A stretch of 64,000 nucleotides of DNA, taken from positions 192,001 through 256,000 of the forward strand of contig JAWLBL010000006.1 in NCBI GenBank assembly GCA_041687695.1, in the 5' to 3' direction. The notes under the pieces were generated by a model, which had not been told where the DNA came from, did not search any database, and saw nothing but the letters and a program-made list of their open reading frames with translations. Within the stretch, counting starts at the first letter, position 1, and every line of letters begins with the position of its first letter. Positions 7,571-17,250 of this stretch are shown here, piece after piece. The DNA comes from Myxococcota bacterium (GTDB lineage: Bacteria; Myxococcota_A; UBA9042; PHBI01; JAWLBL01). Both the position numbers and the translations under genes were made by a program.

Positions 7571-9498
7571 GCGGCGACCCCGGTCAGGCCCCGCGCGGAC
7601 AGGCGGGCGTGGAGGCGCTCGGCGGCCCGCGAGGCCAGGGCCATGATGGTGATCTGCGGGTTGACCCCCAGGCTGCCCGGCACGACCGAGCCGTCGACGA
7701 CGTGCAGGCGCTCGGTGCCGAAGACCTCGTGATCCGTGTCGACGACGCCGTCGCCGGCGCGGGCGGCCATGCGCGCCGTCCCCAGCGGGTGGTAGGCCGA
7801 CAGATCGAAGTCGCGCGGGCCGAGGCGCGCCTCCTGCAGCCTCCGGTAGTCCTCCTCGCGCTGTAGCGTGACGTGCCCCTGCACGTTGGCGTAGACCTTG
7901 CGCGCGCCGGCGGCGCGGAAGACCCCGACCAGGATCTTCAGGGCCCGCGACAGCCGCTGCCCGTCCTCGTGGTTCATCGAATAGGTGATGAGCGGGCGAC
8001 CGCCGGGGCCCAGGGTCACGCGCCCCCTCGAGGTGTCCTTGATCATGAAGCCAAAGGCCGCGAGGTGCCGGTAGGCCTCCATCAGCTCCGTCAGCTCGGG
8101 GCCCATCGGGCGCATGTCGAGGGCGAGCATCTCGACCGGCGTGAAGGCGCCCTCGAAGAGCAGGCCCTCGCGCTGGAACTCCTCGATGGCGTAGCCCTGC
8201 GGGACGCCGCGGCTGCCGTCGACCAGGTGGTCGAAGCGGGCGTAGGCGGCCGTCGCCGGGTGGACCGACAGGTTGCGCCCCAGCTGCCCGCTGCCCGAGG
8301 CCAGGCGGTCGCGCATCAAGACCAGCGGCGTCCGCAGGGTGCCGCAGGCCAGGACGACCCGCGAGGCGCGCACCGTCAGCCGCGCGGGCGGGGCGCCCTG
8401 CCGCGTCACGCGGGCCGACACCCCGTAGGCGACGCCGCCGCGGACCAGGACCCGGTCGACCCTGGCCCCCGTGACGAGCAGCGCGCCCGCCTTGAGGGCC
8501 GCCGGCACGAAGGTGACGTTCATGCTGCGCTTGGCGTCGGTCGGGCAGCCGAAGCAGCAGACGCCCTGGCCGTCGCAGCCGACTGCGTTGCGGCTGAGCG
8601 GGCCGTGCGCGTAGCCGAGCGCCTCGCACCCGCGGGCGATGACGTCCGCGCAGCCACCCAGCACGTCCGGCGCCGTCGGGGCGACGCCCAGGGCCTGCTC
8701 GACGCGGTCGAAGTGGGGCGCCAGGTCGCGGGGGCCGAGGCCCTCGAGGCCCAGGTCGCGGGCCCAGCCGTCGAGCACCTCGTCGGGCGCGCGGTAGCAG
8801 GTGCCCGAGTTGACCGTGGTCGAGCCGCCCACGGCGCGGCCGGCAAGGATGGGCAGCAGGACGTTGCCGACGGCGGTCGTCTCCTGGATCGGCAGGTAGG
8901 CCGCGCGGGTCAGCTCGACGCGCGACAGGCGCGTGAAGTCGGCCCGGTCCAGGTAGCGCCCGGCCTCGAGCATGACGACCTGGTGGCCGCGCCGCGCCAG
9001 CTCGGCGGCGACCACGGCCCCGCCCGCGCCGGTGCCGACGACGACGACGTCCGCCTCGATGACCCCGACGCCGGCGAGGCCGTCGCCGTCGAAGACCTGC
9101 TGCTCGCGGACGCGGGACCGCTCTCGGGCGGCGGGCGCCGGCCGGTAGGGGACGCCCAGGGCGGCGAACAGGGCCGGATCGTCGAAGTGCAGGGTCTTGA
9201 TCGGCGCCAGGACCGACTTGACGGCCATGCGCGTCGGGTAGCTCAGGCGCTCGAGGCCCCGCAAGACGTCCAGGCGCCGCTCGGGCGACAGGGCGGCGAG
9301 CCGGCGGCCGGTGCGGAGCCGGGCGGCGGCTTCGAGGCCGGCGAGGGCCGCGTGGTAGGCGATCTCGGTCTCGCGGCCCTCGTCGGTGACGAAGCGCAGG
9401 ACGCGATCGGCGGTGGCCTCGCCGAACCCGGGCAGCACCCGCCCTGGGGGGAGGACGGCGCGGCCGATGGCCAGCACGGTGTCTCGGAGGTGGGACAT
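7567..9498 (-). CDS. GMC family oxidoreductase (long-chain alcohol oxidase-like)
   Basis: VVVGTGAGG FAD motif, GRAVGGSTTVNSG, CDGQGVCCFGCP, YHPLGTARM, GVNPQITIMALA. Confidence 0.9.
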   Translation of the reverse strand: MSHLRDTVLAIGRAVLPPGRVLPGFGEATADRVLRFVTDEGRETEIAYHAALAGLEAAARLRTGRRLAALSPERRLDVLRGLERLSYPTRMAVKSVLAPIKTLHFDDPALFAALGVPYRPAPAARERSRVREQQVFDGDGLAGVGVIEADVVVVGTGAGGAVVAAELARRGHQVVMLEAGRYLDRADFTRLSRVELTRAAYLPIQETTAVGNVLLPILAGRAVGGSTTVNSGTCYRAPDEVLDGWARDLGLEGLGPRDLAPHFDRVEQALGVAPTAPDVLGGCADVIARGCEALGYAHGPLSRNAVGCDGQGVCCFGCPTDAKRSMNVTFVPAALKAGALLVTGARVDRVLVRGGVAYGVSARVTRQGAPPARLTVRASRVVLACGTLRTPLVLMRDRLASGSGQLGRNLSVHPATAAYARFDHLVDGSRGVPQGYAIEEFQREGLLFEGAFTPVEMLALDMRPMGPELTELMEAYRHLAAFGFMIKDTSRGRVTLGPGGRPLITYSMNHEDGQRLSRALKILVGVFRAAGARKVYANVQGHVTLQREEDYRRLQEARLGPRDFDLSAYHPLGTARMAARAGDGVVDTDHEVFGTERLHVVDGSVVPGSLGVNPQITIMALASRAAERLHARLSARGLTGVAA

Positions 9499-9521
9499 GC
9501 GACCCGGGCCCGCGGGAGGGG

Positions 9522-10517
9522 TCAGAGGTGGGGCGCCGAGCGGAAGCGCCGGGCGGCCTCCTCAACGCTTTGGCGGACGGCCGACGCGCTGTCAAGGATG
9601 GCCACCGCCGCCTCGAGCAGCGCGAGCTGGGGCGGCAGCTCGGCGAGGGCCAGGGGCTGGTCGTCGAGCGCCTCGAGGCGAGCGCGGGCGGCCGCGCCGA
9701 GTCGGTCTTCGACGGGGCCGAGCAGGCCCGGGCGCGTCGCGGCGGAGAACGGCGGCGGCACGGGCGACAGCGCTAGCGGGCGCCAGGGGGCCGGGCCCGC
9801 GAGGACGGCGTAGAAGATCGTGGCGCCCTCGGGGCAGAGGCCGTCGACGAGGCCGTCGGCGTCGGGCGACAGCGGCAGCGCGTCGGGGGGCGGAGCGTCG
9901 CGCCAGGCGGCGATGTCCTCAGGCGCGATGAAGCGGTCGCGGACGACGGCGGCGAGCTCGGCGCAGGCGGGGGCGGACCAGCCGAGGCGGGTCAGGTACC
10001 AGCGCTGGTGCGTGCCGAAGCCGCCGGGTGGCCGCGAGGGCGAGGCGGCGTCGGACGGCTGGCCAGAGACGGCGGCCGCGACGCGGCGGGCGAGGGCGTC
10101 GAAGTCGGGCGGGGGGCCGGCGCCGGCGAAGACCAGCGGGACGTGGTCGTCGGGGGCGTGGGCGTGGGTGACCGGGCCTTCCAGCAGCCGCGCGGCCGGG
10201 GGGCTGGCCGGGGCGACGCGCAGGGGCGGGCCGGCGGCGGGCGCGCCGGCGGCGTCGCGGGTGATGAGCGTGAGGGCGAGCGGGCGGCCGGCGGGGACCT
10301 GAAGGCGGGCGTGGCCGGCGCGCGGGTCGACCGGGTAGCGGATGAGGTCGGTGTCGAGGGCGCCCGCCCAGAAGGCGTCGGCGAGGTCGTCGGTCAGGGG
10401 GCGCAAGGCGACGATGACGGCGGCGCGCGAGGTCGCCGACAGGGCGGACGGATCCCAGGCGACGACCAGGGCGCCGTCGTCGGTGGTGGCGTGGGCGAGG
10501 GGCGGCAGGGGGCGCAT
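9522..10517 (-). CDS. Hypothetical protein
   Basis: ATG with GAGGT RBS; co-oriented within the operon; no recognisable motif. Confidence 0.55.
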   Translation of the reverse strand: MRPLPPLAHATTDDGALVVAWDPSALSATSRAAVIVALRPLTDDLADAFWAGALDTDLIRYPVDPRAGHARLQVPAGRPLALTLITRDAAGAPAAGPPLRVAPASPPAARLLEGPVTHAHAPDDHVPLVFAGAGPPPDFDALARRVAAAVSGQPSDAASPSRPPGGFGTHQRWYLTRLGWSAPACAELAAVVRDRFIAPEDIAAWRDAPPPDALPLSPDADGLVDGLCPEGATIFYAVLAGPAPWRPLALSPVPPPFSAATRPGLLGPVEDRLGAAARARLEALDDQPLALAELPPQLALLEAAVAILDSASAVRQSVEEAARRFRSAPHL

Positions 10518-10568
10518 CGGGACCTCGGGACCGGGCGGGCCGGAGCGTGCCGGCAGGGGCCGGGGTGG

Positions 10569-12005
10569 TCAGCCCATGAGGATGAGGATCAGCACGAGCT
10601 GCCCCAGGTTCCAGAGGCCGTGCACGGCGATGGGGACCAGCAGCGAGCCGCTCTGCTCGTACAGCCAGGCGAGGGCGGCGCCCAGGGCGGTGAGCGGCAG
10701 GATGAGGTGGGGCTCGAAGTGGACGAAGCCGAAGATGACGCCGCTGAGCAGGCCCGCGACCATGGGACCTGAGCGGTCGCGAAGGTTGCGGTAGAGGAAG
10801 CCGCGGAAGATGACCTCCTCGAACACGGGGGCGAAGAGGACGACCGCCACGCCGATGAAGAGGCGGGCCTCGGGGGTGCCGGCCTCGGTGAAGAGCTCGA
10901 CGGCGTCCTGGGAGCCGTTGGGCTCGCCGAACAGGCCCGTGTTGATGATGGAGGCGACGAAGGTGACGACGAGGGCGAGGCCGGCGCCGGCGACGAGCCA
11001 GACGACGAAGCCGGAGCGGCCGCCGCCGGCGGCGCGGGCGCTGAGGCGGAGGGTCTCGCTGAGGGGGCGGGTGTCGCCGGCCCGGCGGCCGTAGCGCTGG
11101 ATGAGCGCGAGGCCGATGCCGCCGTGGAGGAGCGTCTGGACGGCGATGAGCATGGAGATGGTCTGGGCGGAGGCCTGCAGCAGGCCGATGACGAGCGAGG
11201 TCACGAGGCCCGCCAGGATGAAGGCGAGCAGCCAGCCGACCATGACGTGGTAGGTGCTGGTGGTGTCGAACGGGCTGGCGGTGTCGGCGAGGCCGCCGCC
11301 CCAGCGGGCGCGGACGGTCTGGCCGAGGAAGAGGGGCCAGGTCAGCAGGACCGCGAGCCCGAGCAGGCCCAGCCCGAAGACGATGAAGGTGAGCAGGGTC
11401 AGGCGGCCGATGAGCGAGAGCGACTCGGCGCGGGCGGCGGCGCGCTGGGCCTCGGCGGCGGCGAGATCGCCGGCGTTGGCCTGGTGGCGGGCGGTGACCA
11501 TGGTGGTCAGCCAGGGGGAGGCGCCCATGGCGCGCAGCTGCTCGGTCAGCGCGTCCAGGTGCGGGGCCGGCTCGCCGCGGGCGAGGGCGTACAGGCTCTC
11601 GTACGAGGGGCGCCAGGCCTCGACGTGCTCGGGGGACTCGGCCAGGGCGTCCAGCTGCGCCACGGCGTCCTCGTCGCGGTCGAAGGCTACGGCGACGGCG
11701 CTCAGGACCAGGCGCAGCTCGTGGGCCCAGGGGGCGCCCTCGTCGACGCGCCGGTCGAGCTCGGCGAGGGCGGTCTCTGGGTCGGCGGCCAGCGCGTCGC
11801 GGACCTCGGGCGGGACCTGGTCGGCGACCTGCACGAGGCGGGCCTGCAGCTCGAGGGTGCGGACGTCCGAGGGGCTGACGCGGCGGGCCTCGGCGGGCGC
11901 GGCGGCCTTGAGCGCGAGCAGCCCGGCGACGAGCACGAAGGCGAGGGCCGTCATGAGCCCGTCGAGGAGCTTGCGGCTCCCTCTGTGGGGGTGTCGGCTG
12001 GTCAC
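10569..12005 (-). CDS. CPBP (CAAX/Abi) intramembrane glutamic endopeptidase with extended N-terminal helical domain
   Basis: APVFEEVIFRGFLY, FGFVH, HGLWN motifs; multiple TM helices. Confidence 0.88.
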   Translation of the reverse strand: MTSRHPHRGSRKLLDGLMTALAFVLVAGLLALKAAAPAEARRVSPSDVRTLELQARLVQVADQVPPEVRDALAADPETALAELDRRVDEGAPWAHELRLVLSAVAVAFDRDEDAVAQLDALAESPEHVEAWRPSYESLYALARGEPAPHLDALTEQLRAMGASPWLTTMVTARHQANAGDLAAAEAQRAAARAESLSLIGRLTLLTFIVFGLGLLGLAVLLTWPLFLGQTVRARWGGGLADTASPFDTTSTYHVMVGWLLAFILAGLVTSLVIGLLQASAQTISMLIAVQTLLHGGIGLALIQRYGRRAGDTRPLSETLRLSARAAGGGRSGFVVWLVAGAGLALVVTFVASIINTGLFGEPNGSQDAVELFTEAGTPEARLFIGVAVVLFAPVFEEVIFRGFLYRNLRDRSGPMVAGLLSGVIFGFVHFEPHLILPLTALGAALAWLYEQSGSLLVPIAVHGLWNLGQLVLILILMG

Positions 12006-12059
12006 GGGCCTCGGGGCGGGACGGGGGAGGGCTCGGCGGGGCGGTGCGCGGGCGGACGA

Positions 12060-12272
12060 TCAGCGCTTGGAGAGCTTCTTGAGGACGCGCTCGCAGGTCT
12101 CGTCGGTCAAGGCCTCGCGACGCTCCGGCTCGCGGAGCAGCTCGCAGGCCTCCTTGTCGGGCTGCTGCTCGCACACGCGCTGCTCGAGGGCCTCGCAGGG
12201 GCGGTCGCACCCGGCGAGCGCCGGCGCGAGCAGCAGGGCGAGGGCGAGCGCGGTGGCTTTCGACGCGAGCAT
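12060..12272 (-). CDS. Small Cys-containing lipoprotein (70 aa)
   Basis: MLASKATALALALLLAPALAG-C lipobox; four further Cys; GGAG RBS. Confidence 0.7.
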   Translation of the reverse strand: MLASKATALALALLLAPALAGCDRPCEALEQRVCEQQPDKEACELLREPERREALTDETCERVLKKLSKR

Positions 12273-12349
12273 GGACCAACTCCGGTCGGTTCGAGGGCGC
12301 AGCGTGACCAGCATGATGCCGCAACTCGCCCCGAAGTGCATGCCTGTGT

Positions 12350-14005
12350 TCAGGGCGCGGCGGCCAGGGCGCGCGGGCCGCGCATGCTGAGCTCGACCAG
12401 GTCGGCGTAGCGGGCCACCTCGGCCTCGACCCACGCGGCGTCGCGCCCCAGCAGGTCGGCCATGTGGCGGGCGACCAGCGGGGCGCAGGCCAGGCCCTGA
12501 TCGGGCGCGCGGTAGAACACGTGCAGCCGCCGGACGAGCACGTCGTCGAGGCGGGCGGCCTGCTCACCCAGCACGCACCAGGAGACCTGGGCCAGCACGT
12601 AGGGCAGCTCGGCCGTGAGCGTCGCCGCCTCGTCCGGGTGCGAGGCCATGCGCGCGCGGATCCAGCCGGCCGCGCTGCCGTGCAGGCGCCACAGCGCGTT
12701 GTCCAGGGGGTCGGGCAGGCCGCGCACGATGTCCGCGACCCGCGGCAGGCCGGGATCGAGCGGCAGGCGGTGCGTCCTGCAGCGACCCGCGCGGACCCCC
12801 GCGACGCGCCGCAGGCGCCGGACGGCCGCGTCGACCACCTCGGCGGCCATGGACCGATAGGTGGTCAGTTTGCCGCCAGCGATGGTGGTGATGCCGCGTT
12901 CGTCGTCGTAGCGCTGGTGCTCGCGGCTGGTCTTGTAGGCCGACTCGGCGTCGCTGCGGATGAGCGGCCGCAGGCCGGCCCAGGTGCTGCGCACGTCGGC
13001 CGCCGTGAGGCTCGCCTGCGGGAAGTAGCGGTTGGCCGTCGTCAGCAGGTAGTCGACGTCGTCCGAGGTCGCGCGCACGGCGTCCAGGTCGCCGTCGTAG
13101 TCCGTGTCGGTCGTGCCGATGTAGGTCGTGTTCTCGAAGGGGATGGCGAAGACGACGCGCCCATCGGTGACGGCGGTCATCACGACGGCCGCCTCGAGGG
13201 GCAGGCGGGTGCGTGAGACGACGATGTGGACGCCCTTGGTGCGGCGGAGCAGGCGCCCCTCGCCGGGGGCCTGGTCGAGGGCGTCGGTCCACGGGCCGCC
13301 GGCGTAGACGATGTGGCGGCAGCGGACCGAGCGCTCGAGGCCGGTCAGGGCGTCGACGACGCGGGCGCCGACCACCTTGCCGTCCTCGAGGATCGCGGCC
13401 TGGAAGCCGACATGGTTGAGGCAGGTCGCGCCGTTGCGCTCGGCGTCCAGGACGTTGGCCAGGGTCAGGCGGGCGTCGTCGGTGTGGCAGTCGTAGTAGT
13501 GGACGCTGCCGGTGAGCCCCTCGGTCGCGAGGCCCGGGACGAGCGCGCGCGTGCGGTCGCGGCCCATGCGCCGGTGCAGGCGCCACGAGCGGAAGAGGCT
13601 CAGCAGGTCGTAGAGCCACAGGCCGATGTCGATCTTGAACAGGCTGTGGCGGTCGGTGCGGTAGACCGGGAAGACGAAGGGCAGCGGCCACACGAGGTTG
13701 GGGTTGAGGCGCCGCAGGCGGTACCGCTCGCGCGTCGCCTCGAAGACCAGGCCCAGCTCGAGGTTCTCGAGGTAGCGCAGGCCGCCGTGGACCAGCTTCG
13801 AGGACTTGCTGGACGTGCCCGAGCCGTAGTCGCTGCGCTCGACGAGCGCGACCGACAGGCCCCGCAGGGCGGCGTCGCGGGCGACGCCGGCGCCGGTGAT
13901 GCCGCCACCGACCACGAGCACGTCGAAGGTCTCGGCCTCGAGCCGCGCCAGGCGATCGTCGCGGGAGGCGCCTTCGGCTCGCGCGCGCTCGGGGACGGGG
14001 ATCAT
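12350..14005 (-). CDS. glpD: FAD-dependent glycerol-3-phosphate dehydrogenase
   Basis: DVLVVGGGITGAG, GTSSKSSKLVHGGLRYLE, DDARL, KGVHIV, GGKLTTYR; start could be 14005 or slightly upstream. Confidence 0.92.
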   Translation of the reverse strand: MIPVPERARAEGASRDDRLARLEAETFDVLVVGGGITGAGVARDAALRGLSVALVERSDYGSGTSSKSSKLVHGGLRYLENLELGLVFEATRERYRLRRLNPNLVWPLPFVFPVYRTDRHSLFKIDIGLWLYDLLSLFRSWRLHRRMGRDRTRALVPGLATEGLTGSVHYYDCHTDDARLTLANVLDAERNGATCLNHVGFQAAILEDGKVVGARVVDALTGLERSVRCRHIVYAGGPWTDALDQAPGEGRLLRRTKGVHIVVSRTRLPLEAAVVMTAVTDGRVVFAIPFENTTYIGTTDTDYDGDLDAVRATSDDVDYLLTTANRYFPQASLTAADVRSTWAGLRPLIRSDAESAYKTSREHQRYDDERGITTIAGGKLTTYRSMAAEVVDAAVRRLRRVAGVRAGRCRTHRLPLDPGLPRVADIVRGLPDPLDNALWRLHGSAAGWIRARMASHPDEAATLTAELPYVLAQVSWCVLGEQAARLDDVLVRRLHVFYRAPDQGLACAPLVARHMADLLGRDAAWVEAEVARYADLVELSMRGPRALAAAP

Positions 14006-14139
14006 CGCGCCGCCCGGGCGCGCCGACGACTTCATCGCGGGGGCATCCACGCGCGCGAACGTAGGGGGTTCGACGCGCCGCGTCAATCTCGCCGGCCCAA
14101 GCGGGGCCACCCCAGGCGGGGGCCCGTCCCCAGATGACG

Positions 14140-14170
14140 AAAAGCCGGGCCACGCGTGGTGACCCGGCTT
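14140..14170 (-). terminator. Intrinsic terminator downstream of the 37-aa ORF
   Basis: Minus strand AGCCGGGTCAC-CACGC-GTGGCCCGGCT followed by TTT. Confidence 0.65.
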
Positions 14171-14257
14171 CCAGAGTCGAGGCGTGCCCGGCCAGTTTGG
14201 GGGCGCCGCCCGGTGGCTGACGATCGGACCCGGCGACCGGCCGCGTCCGGGGGCGAA

Positions 14258-14371
14258 TCAGCGTCGACGCTGAGGCATCAGCGCGATGAGCGCGCTCATC
14301 CCCAAGCGCGAGACCAGCACGGCCGCGCCGAGCCCTCCACCCACCGTCAGGACCAGCGTCAGGGTGTCCAT
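14258..14371 (-). CDS. 37-aa hydrophobic small protein
   Basis: MDTLTLVLTVGGGLGAAVLVSRLGMSALIALMPQRRR; AAGGAG RBS; flanked by a sigma54 motif and a terminator. Confidence 0.65.
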   Translation of the reverse strand: MDTLTLVLTVGGGLGAAVLVSRLGMSALIALMPQRRR

Positions 14372-14486
14372 CGAGATGACTCCTTGAAACCCATGTCTCA
14401 TGTAGCGACCGCATCGATCGGCGGGCGCACGACCGCGCACCCGCGCGTCCGACACGCACCGCCGACCAACCAGATACGGCAAGTAC

Positions 14487-14502
14487 AGCAAGCGCCGTGC
14501 CG
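14487..14502 (-). promoter_or_regulatory. Sigma54 (-24/-12) promoter for the small ORF
   Basis: CGGCACG-GCGC-TTGCT, exact GG-N10-GC spacing. Confidence 0.65.
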
Positions 14503-14823
14503 AAGCGTCGATCCCAAGGATCGCTCGAGGCGCGGCCACGCCTCCGTGCGATCCGTGTCCACCGGACCACACCCCCGTCTCCCATCGGCCACGAAGCCGC
14601 GCCGAGCGGGAGCCAGGGCCAAGCTACGGCGCCCCGGACCCGGGCGCCAGAAAACCGATCGCATGCTCCGGACGCGTTGTCATCGAGCGCGCGCGACGGC
14701 GTCGCTCATGCCCTAGGATAATCACGGCAGGCGCCCGCCGGGAGGTCGCGCCGTGCGAGTTTTGTGTTTTCATTCCAGCGTGTTACGGGCTTGAGCCCCG
14801 GCCCCTGGGGGACCTTCGAAACG

Positions 14824-14853
14824 CCGAGAGCCGGGCGCGGGCCCGGCTCTCGG
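14824..14853 (-). terminator. Hairpin/terminator after the zinc-ribbon gene
   Basis: Perfect 13-bp stem CCGAGAGCCGGGC/GCCCGGCTCTCGG, 4-nt loop, weak T tract. Confidence 0.55.
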
Positions 14854-14876
14854 TCGAAGGCGCTCGGAGCGAGGGC

Positions 14877-16583
14877 TCAGAGCTCCTTTTTGGCCATGTC
14901 GTAGTACTTCTTGGCGATGGCCTCGGGCACGCGCGCGGTCAGCTTGAGCGTCGCGCCATCGCGGGTCAGCTCGACGCCGTCGAAGACCTTCTCGGCGTCG
15001 GCCTTCTGATCGCCCTCGAGCTGATCGAGGCCCGAGCGGCCCATCATCTTCACCAGGGCCCAGCCGCTCTCGAGCTCCTCGGCCCGCTTCTCCTCGGTCG
15101 CGATGAACGCGACGCGGAGCACGATGTCGCCCGAGACGTCGAGGCTGAAGGCCATCCGGTCGCCGGCCTTGACGCGGTCGCCGACCATCGCCATCTGCGG
15201 GCCGCCCATCTTCAGCATGGCCTCGCTCAGCGTGACCGCGCCCCACATCGCCTTGCCGCCCGAGGCCGCCTTCAGCGCCGCGGTCAGGCCTTCGTTGTCC
15301 ATGACGCTGGCGCCGCCCTCGCGGACCGCCATCGCCGACTTCGCGGCCTCCTCGCCCGAGGTGAACAGGACCGCGTCGCCGACGACCGCCGCCAGCTCAC
15401 GCTCCTTCTTGCCGTACCAGGTCGCGCCGGCGATGTCGTGCTTGCGGCTGTCGTCCTTGCGGCCGATCTGCTCGAACATCACGGCGCCGACCTTCTCGGC
15501 GTCGAACTTGCCGCCGAGCGCCGCGATGACCTGCGGGCCCTTGTCGGTCATCTTCGCGCCGACGCTGAGCGCCTCGAGGGACGAGACCTCGATCTTGGCC
15601 TCCTCGAGCAGCTTGGCGACGGCCTTGTTGTCCTCGAGCGCCTGGGCCACCAACTTGTCGTCGTAGAGCCAGCTCGACCGCAGCGCGTCACCGTCGGCGC
15701 CGAAGACCACGTCGACGTCCTTGGGCAGGTTCTGCTTGGCCGAGGCGCCCGCCGCGCCCGACATCGCGCCGCCGCCGCCGAGCATCAGGTAGGCCGCCAC
15801 CGCGCCGCCGATGAGCAGCACCGCGATCACCGCGACGAGGAGGCCCTTGTTGCCGCCGCTCTTGGCCGGCTGACGTCCGGGCCCACCGGCGGCCGCGCCG
15901 CCACCCTGGCCCCCACCCTGCGTATACTTGTCCATCCAGTCGTCCTCCCTCCCCACGCCGGACGCCGGAGGCGTGGCGGGCTTGCTGCTCGGGCCATCGA
16001 ACCGGTCGCCGAACATCGCCGACGGATCGATGGCCGCGGTCTTCTCGACCTCGGGGCTGGCGACCGGGTCGATCCCCAGCCCCAGCTTCGAAGGGTCCAT
16101 GGCCAGGGTCTTCTCGGGCTCCGGCTCGGCCGCGGGCTGCGGACGCGCCGGAGCAGGCCCGGCGTCGAGGCCGAGCCGCGAGGGATCGATGGCCAGCGTC
16201 TTCTCGGGCTCCGGCTCGGGGGCCGGCGGGCGCTGCTGGGCAGGCGCCGGGACCAGGCCGGCCGCCATCGCGGCGCCGCCCCCAGGGCGCGACGGCCGGG
16301 GGGCGCCGCCGCCGATGCCGGGCATCCCGATGACGGTCGAGGCGCGCTTGGGCGCGGTCATGCGCGGCGCCGCAGGCTCCTCGGGCGGCTGCGCGGCCGG
16401 GCTGGCTCCCCCGCCACCCTCGAAGTCGAACTTGCTGATGTCGAAGGCGACCGTGCGTTGATCCGCCTCGATGAGGTTGGGCTCGTCCTGCGAAGGGGCC
16501 GCTCCACGCTGGGGCACGGCACCGCAGAACGGGCAGAAGGTGGCGGTGTCGGCGTAGTCGCGGGCACAAGAATGACATTTCAT
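14877..16583 (-). CDS. Zinc-ribbon protein with Pro-rich repeat linker, single TM helix and periplasmic C-terminal domain
   Basis: MKCHSC...FCPFCG; GLLVAVIAVLLIGGAVAAYLML TM; GAGGA RBS. Confidence 0.8.
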   Translation of the reverse strand: MKCHSCARDYADTATFCPFCGAVPQRGAAPSQDEPNLIEADQRTVAFDISKFDFEGGGGASPAAQPPEEPAAPRMTAPKRASTVIGMPGIGGGAPRPSRPGGGAAMAAGLVPAPAQQRPPAPEPEPEKTLAIDPSRLGLDAGPAPARPQPAAEPEPEKTLAMDPSKLGLGIDPVASPEVEKTAAIDPSAMFGDRFDGPSSKPATPPASGVGREDDWMDKYTQGGGQGGGAAAGGPGRQPAKSGGNKGLLVAVIAVLLIGGAVAAYLMLGGGGAMSGAAGASAKQNLPKDVDVVFGADGDALRSSWLYDDKLVAQALEDNKAVAKLLEEAKIEVSSLEALSVGAKMTDKGPQVIAALGGKFDAEKVGAVMFEQIGRKDDSRKHDIAGATWYGKKERELAAVVGDAVLFTSGEEAAKSAMAVREGGASVMDNEGLTAALKAASGGKAMWGAVTLSEAMLKMGGPQMAMVGDRVKAGDRMAFSLDVSGDIVLRVAFIATEEKRAEELESGWALVKMMGRSGLDQLEGDQKADAEKVFDGVELTRDGATLKLTARVPEAIAKKYYDMAKKEL

Positions 16584-16894
16584 TGGGGTTTCCTCAGCGG
16601 AGCCTGCGTGCGTGCGCCCTTTTACCAGCGGAGCGCGACGGCGACAACTGCCCGTGAGGCATTCGAAATGCCCGGCGGGCGGCCGGCGAGGCGCGCCCTC
16701 ACCGTCGGGTGCGGGGGCGCGGCTCGGGTCGCCTGGTCGCGAGGGGGCGATGGCACGCGGCGGACCCGGGCGCCGACGCACCGGCCACGGCCGGCGAGCA
16801 CCGAGGCGGGCGGGGTCGGGGCGCGTGGGTCGCCGAGGAGGTGCGAGCGCCGGGCCCGACGCGCGGGTCCGCGGCGCGGCGAGTCACTTCGGGC

Positions 16895-17173
16895 TCACTC
16901 CTCGTTGACGCGGTCCCGGAGATCCTTGCCGACCTTGAAGAAGGGCAGGCGCTTGGACGGGACGGGGACCGACTCGCCGGTCTTCGGGTTGCGGCCCGTG
17001 TACGACTCGTAGTCGCGCGTGGTGAAGCTGCCGAAGCCGCGGATCTCGACGCGCTCTCCGCGCTTCATCGCGTCGAAGATGGACTCGAAGACGGCGTTGA
17101 CGGCCGCCTCCGCCTGCTTCTTCGGCAGGTTGTGGCGCCTCGCCAGAACCTCGACGAGCTCGGAACGGTTCAT
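16895..17173 (-). CDS. ihfB: Integration host factor beta subunit (IHF/HU family)
   Basis: MNRSELVE, GERVEIRGFGSF, GRNPKTGESV, PFFKVGKDLRDRVN. Confidence 0.9.
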   Translation of the reverse strand: MNRSELVEVLARRHNLPKKQAEAAVNAVFESIFDAMKRGERVEIRGFGSFTTRDYESYTGRNPKTGESVPVPSKRLPFFKVGKDLRDRVNEE

Positions 17174-17250
17174 CTGATCATCCCCCCAATCGCCGCGACC
17201 TGGACATGGGGCCCCCTGGACGATGCGCGCGTCCCGCCCAACGCGGGACG

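Noticed and set aside
16699..16887. 62-aa ORF downstream of ihfB
   Set aside because: Low-complexity Arg/Pro/Ala sequence with no motif or codon support.
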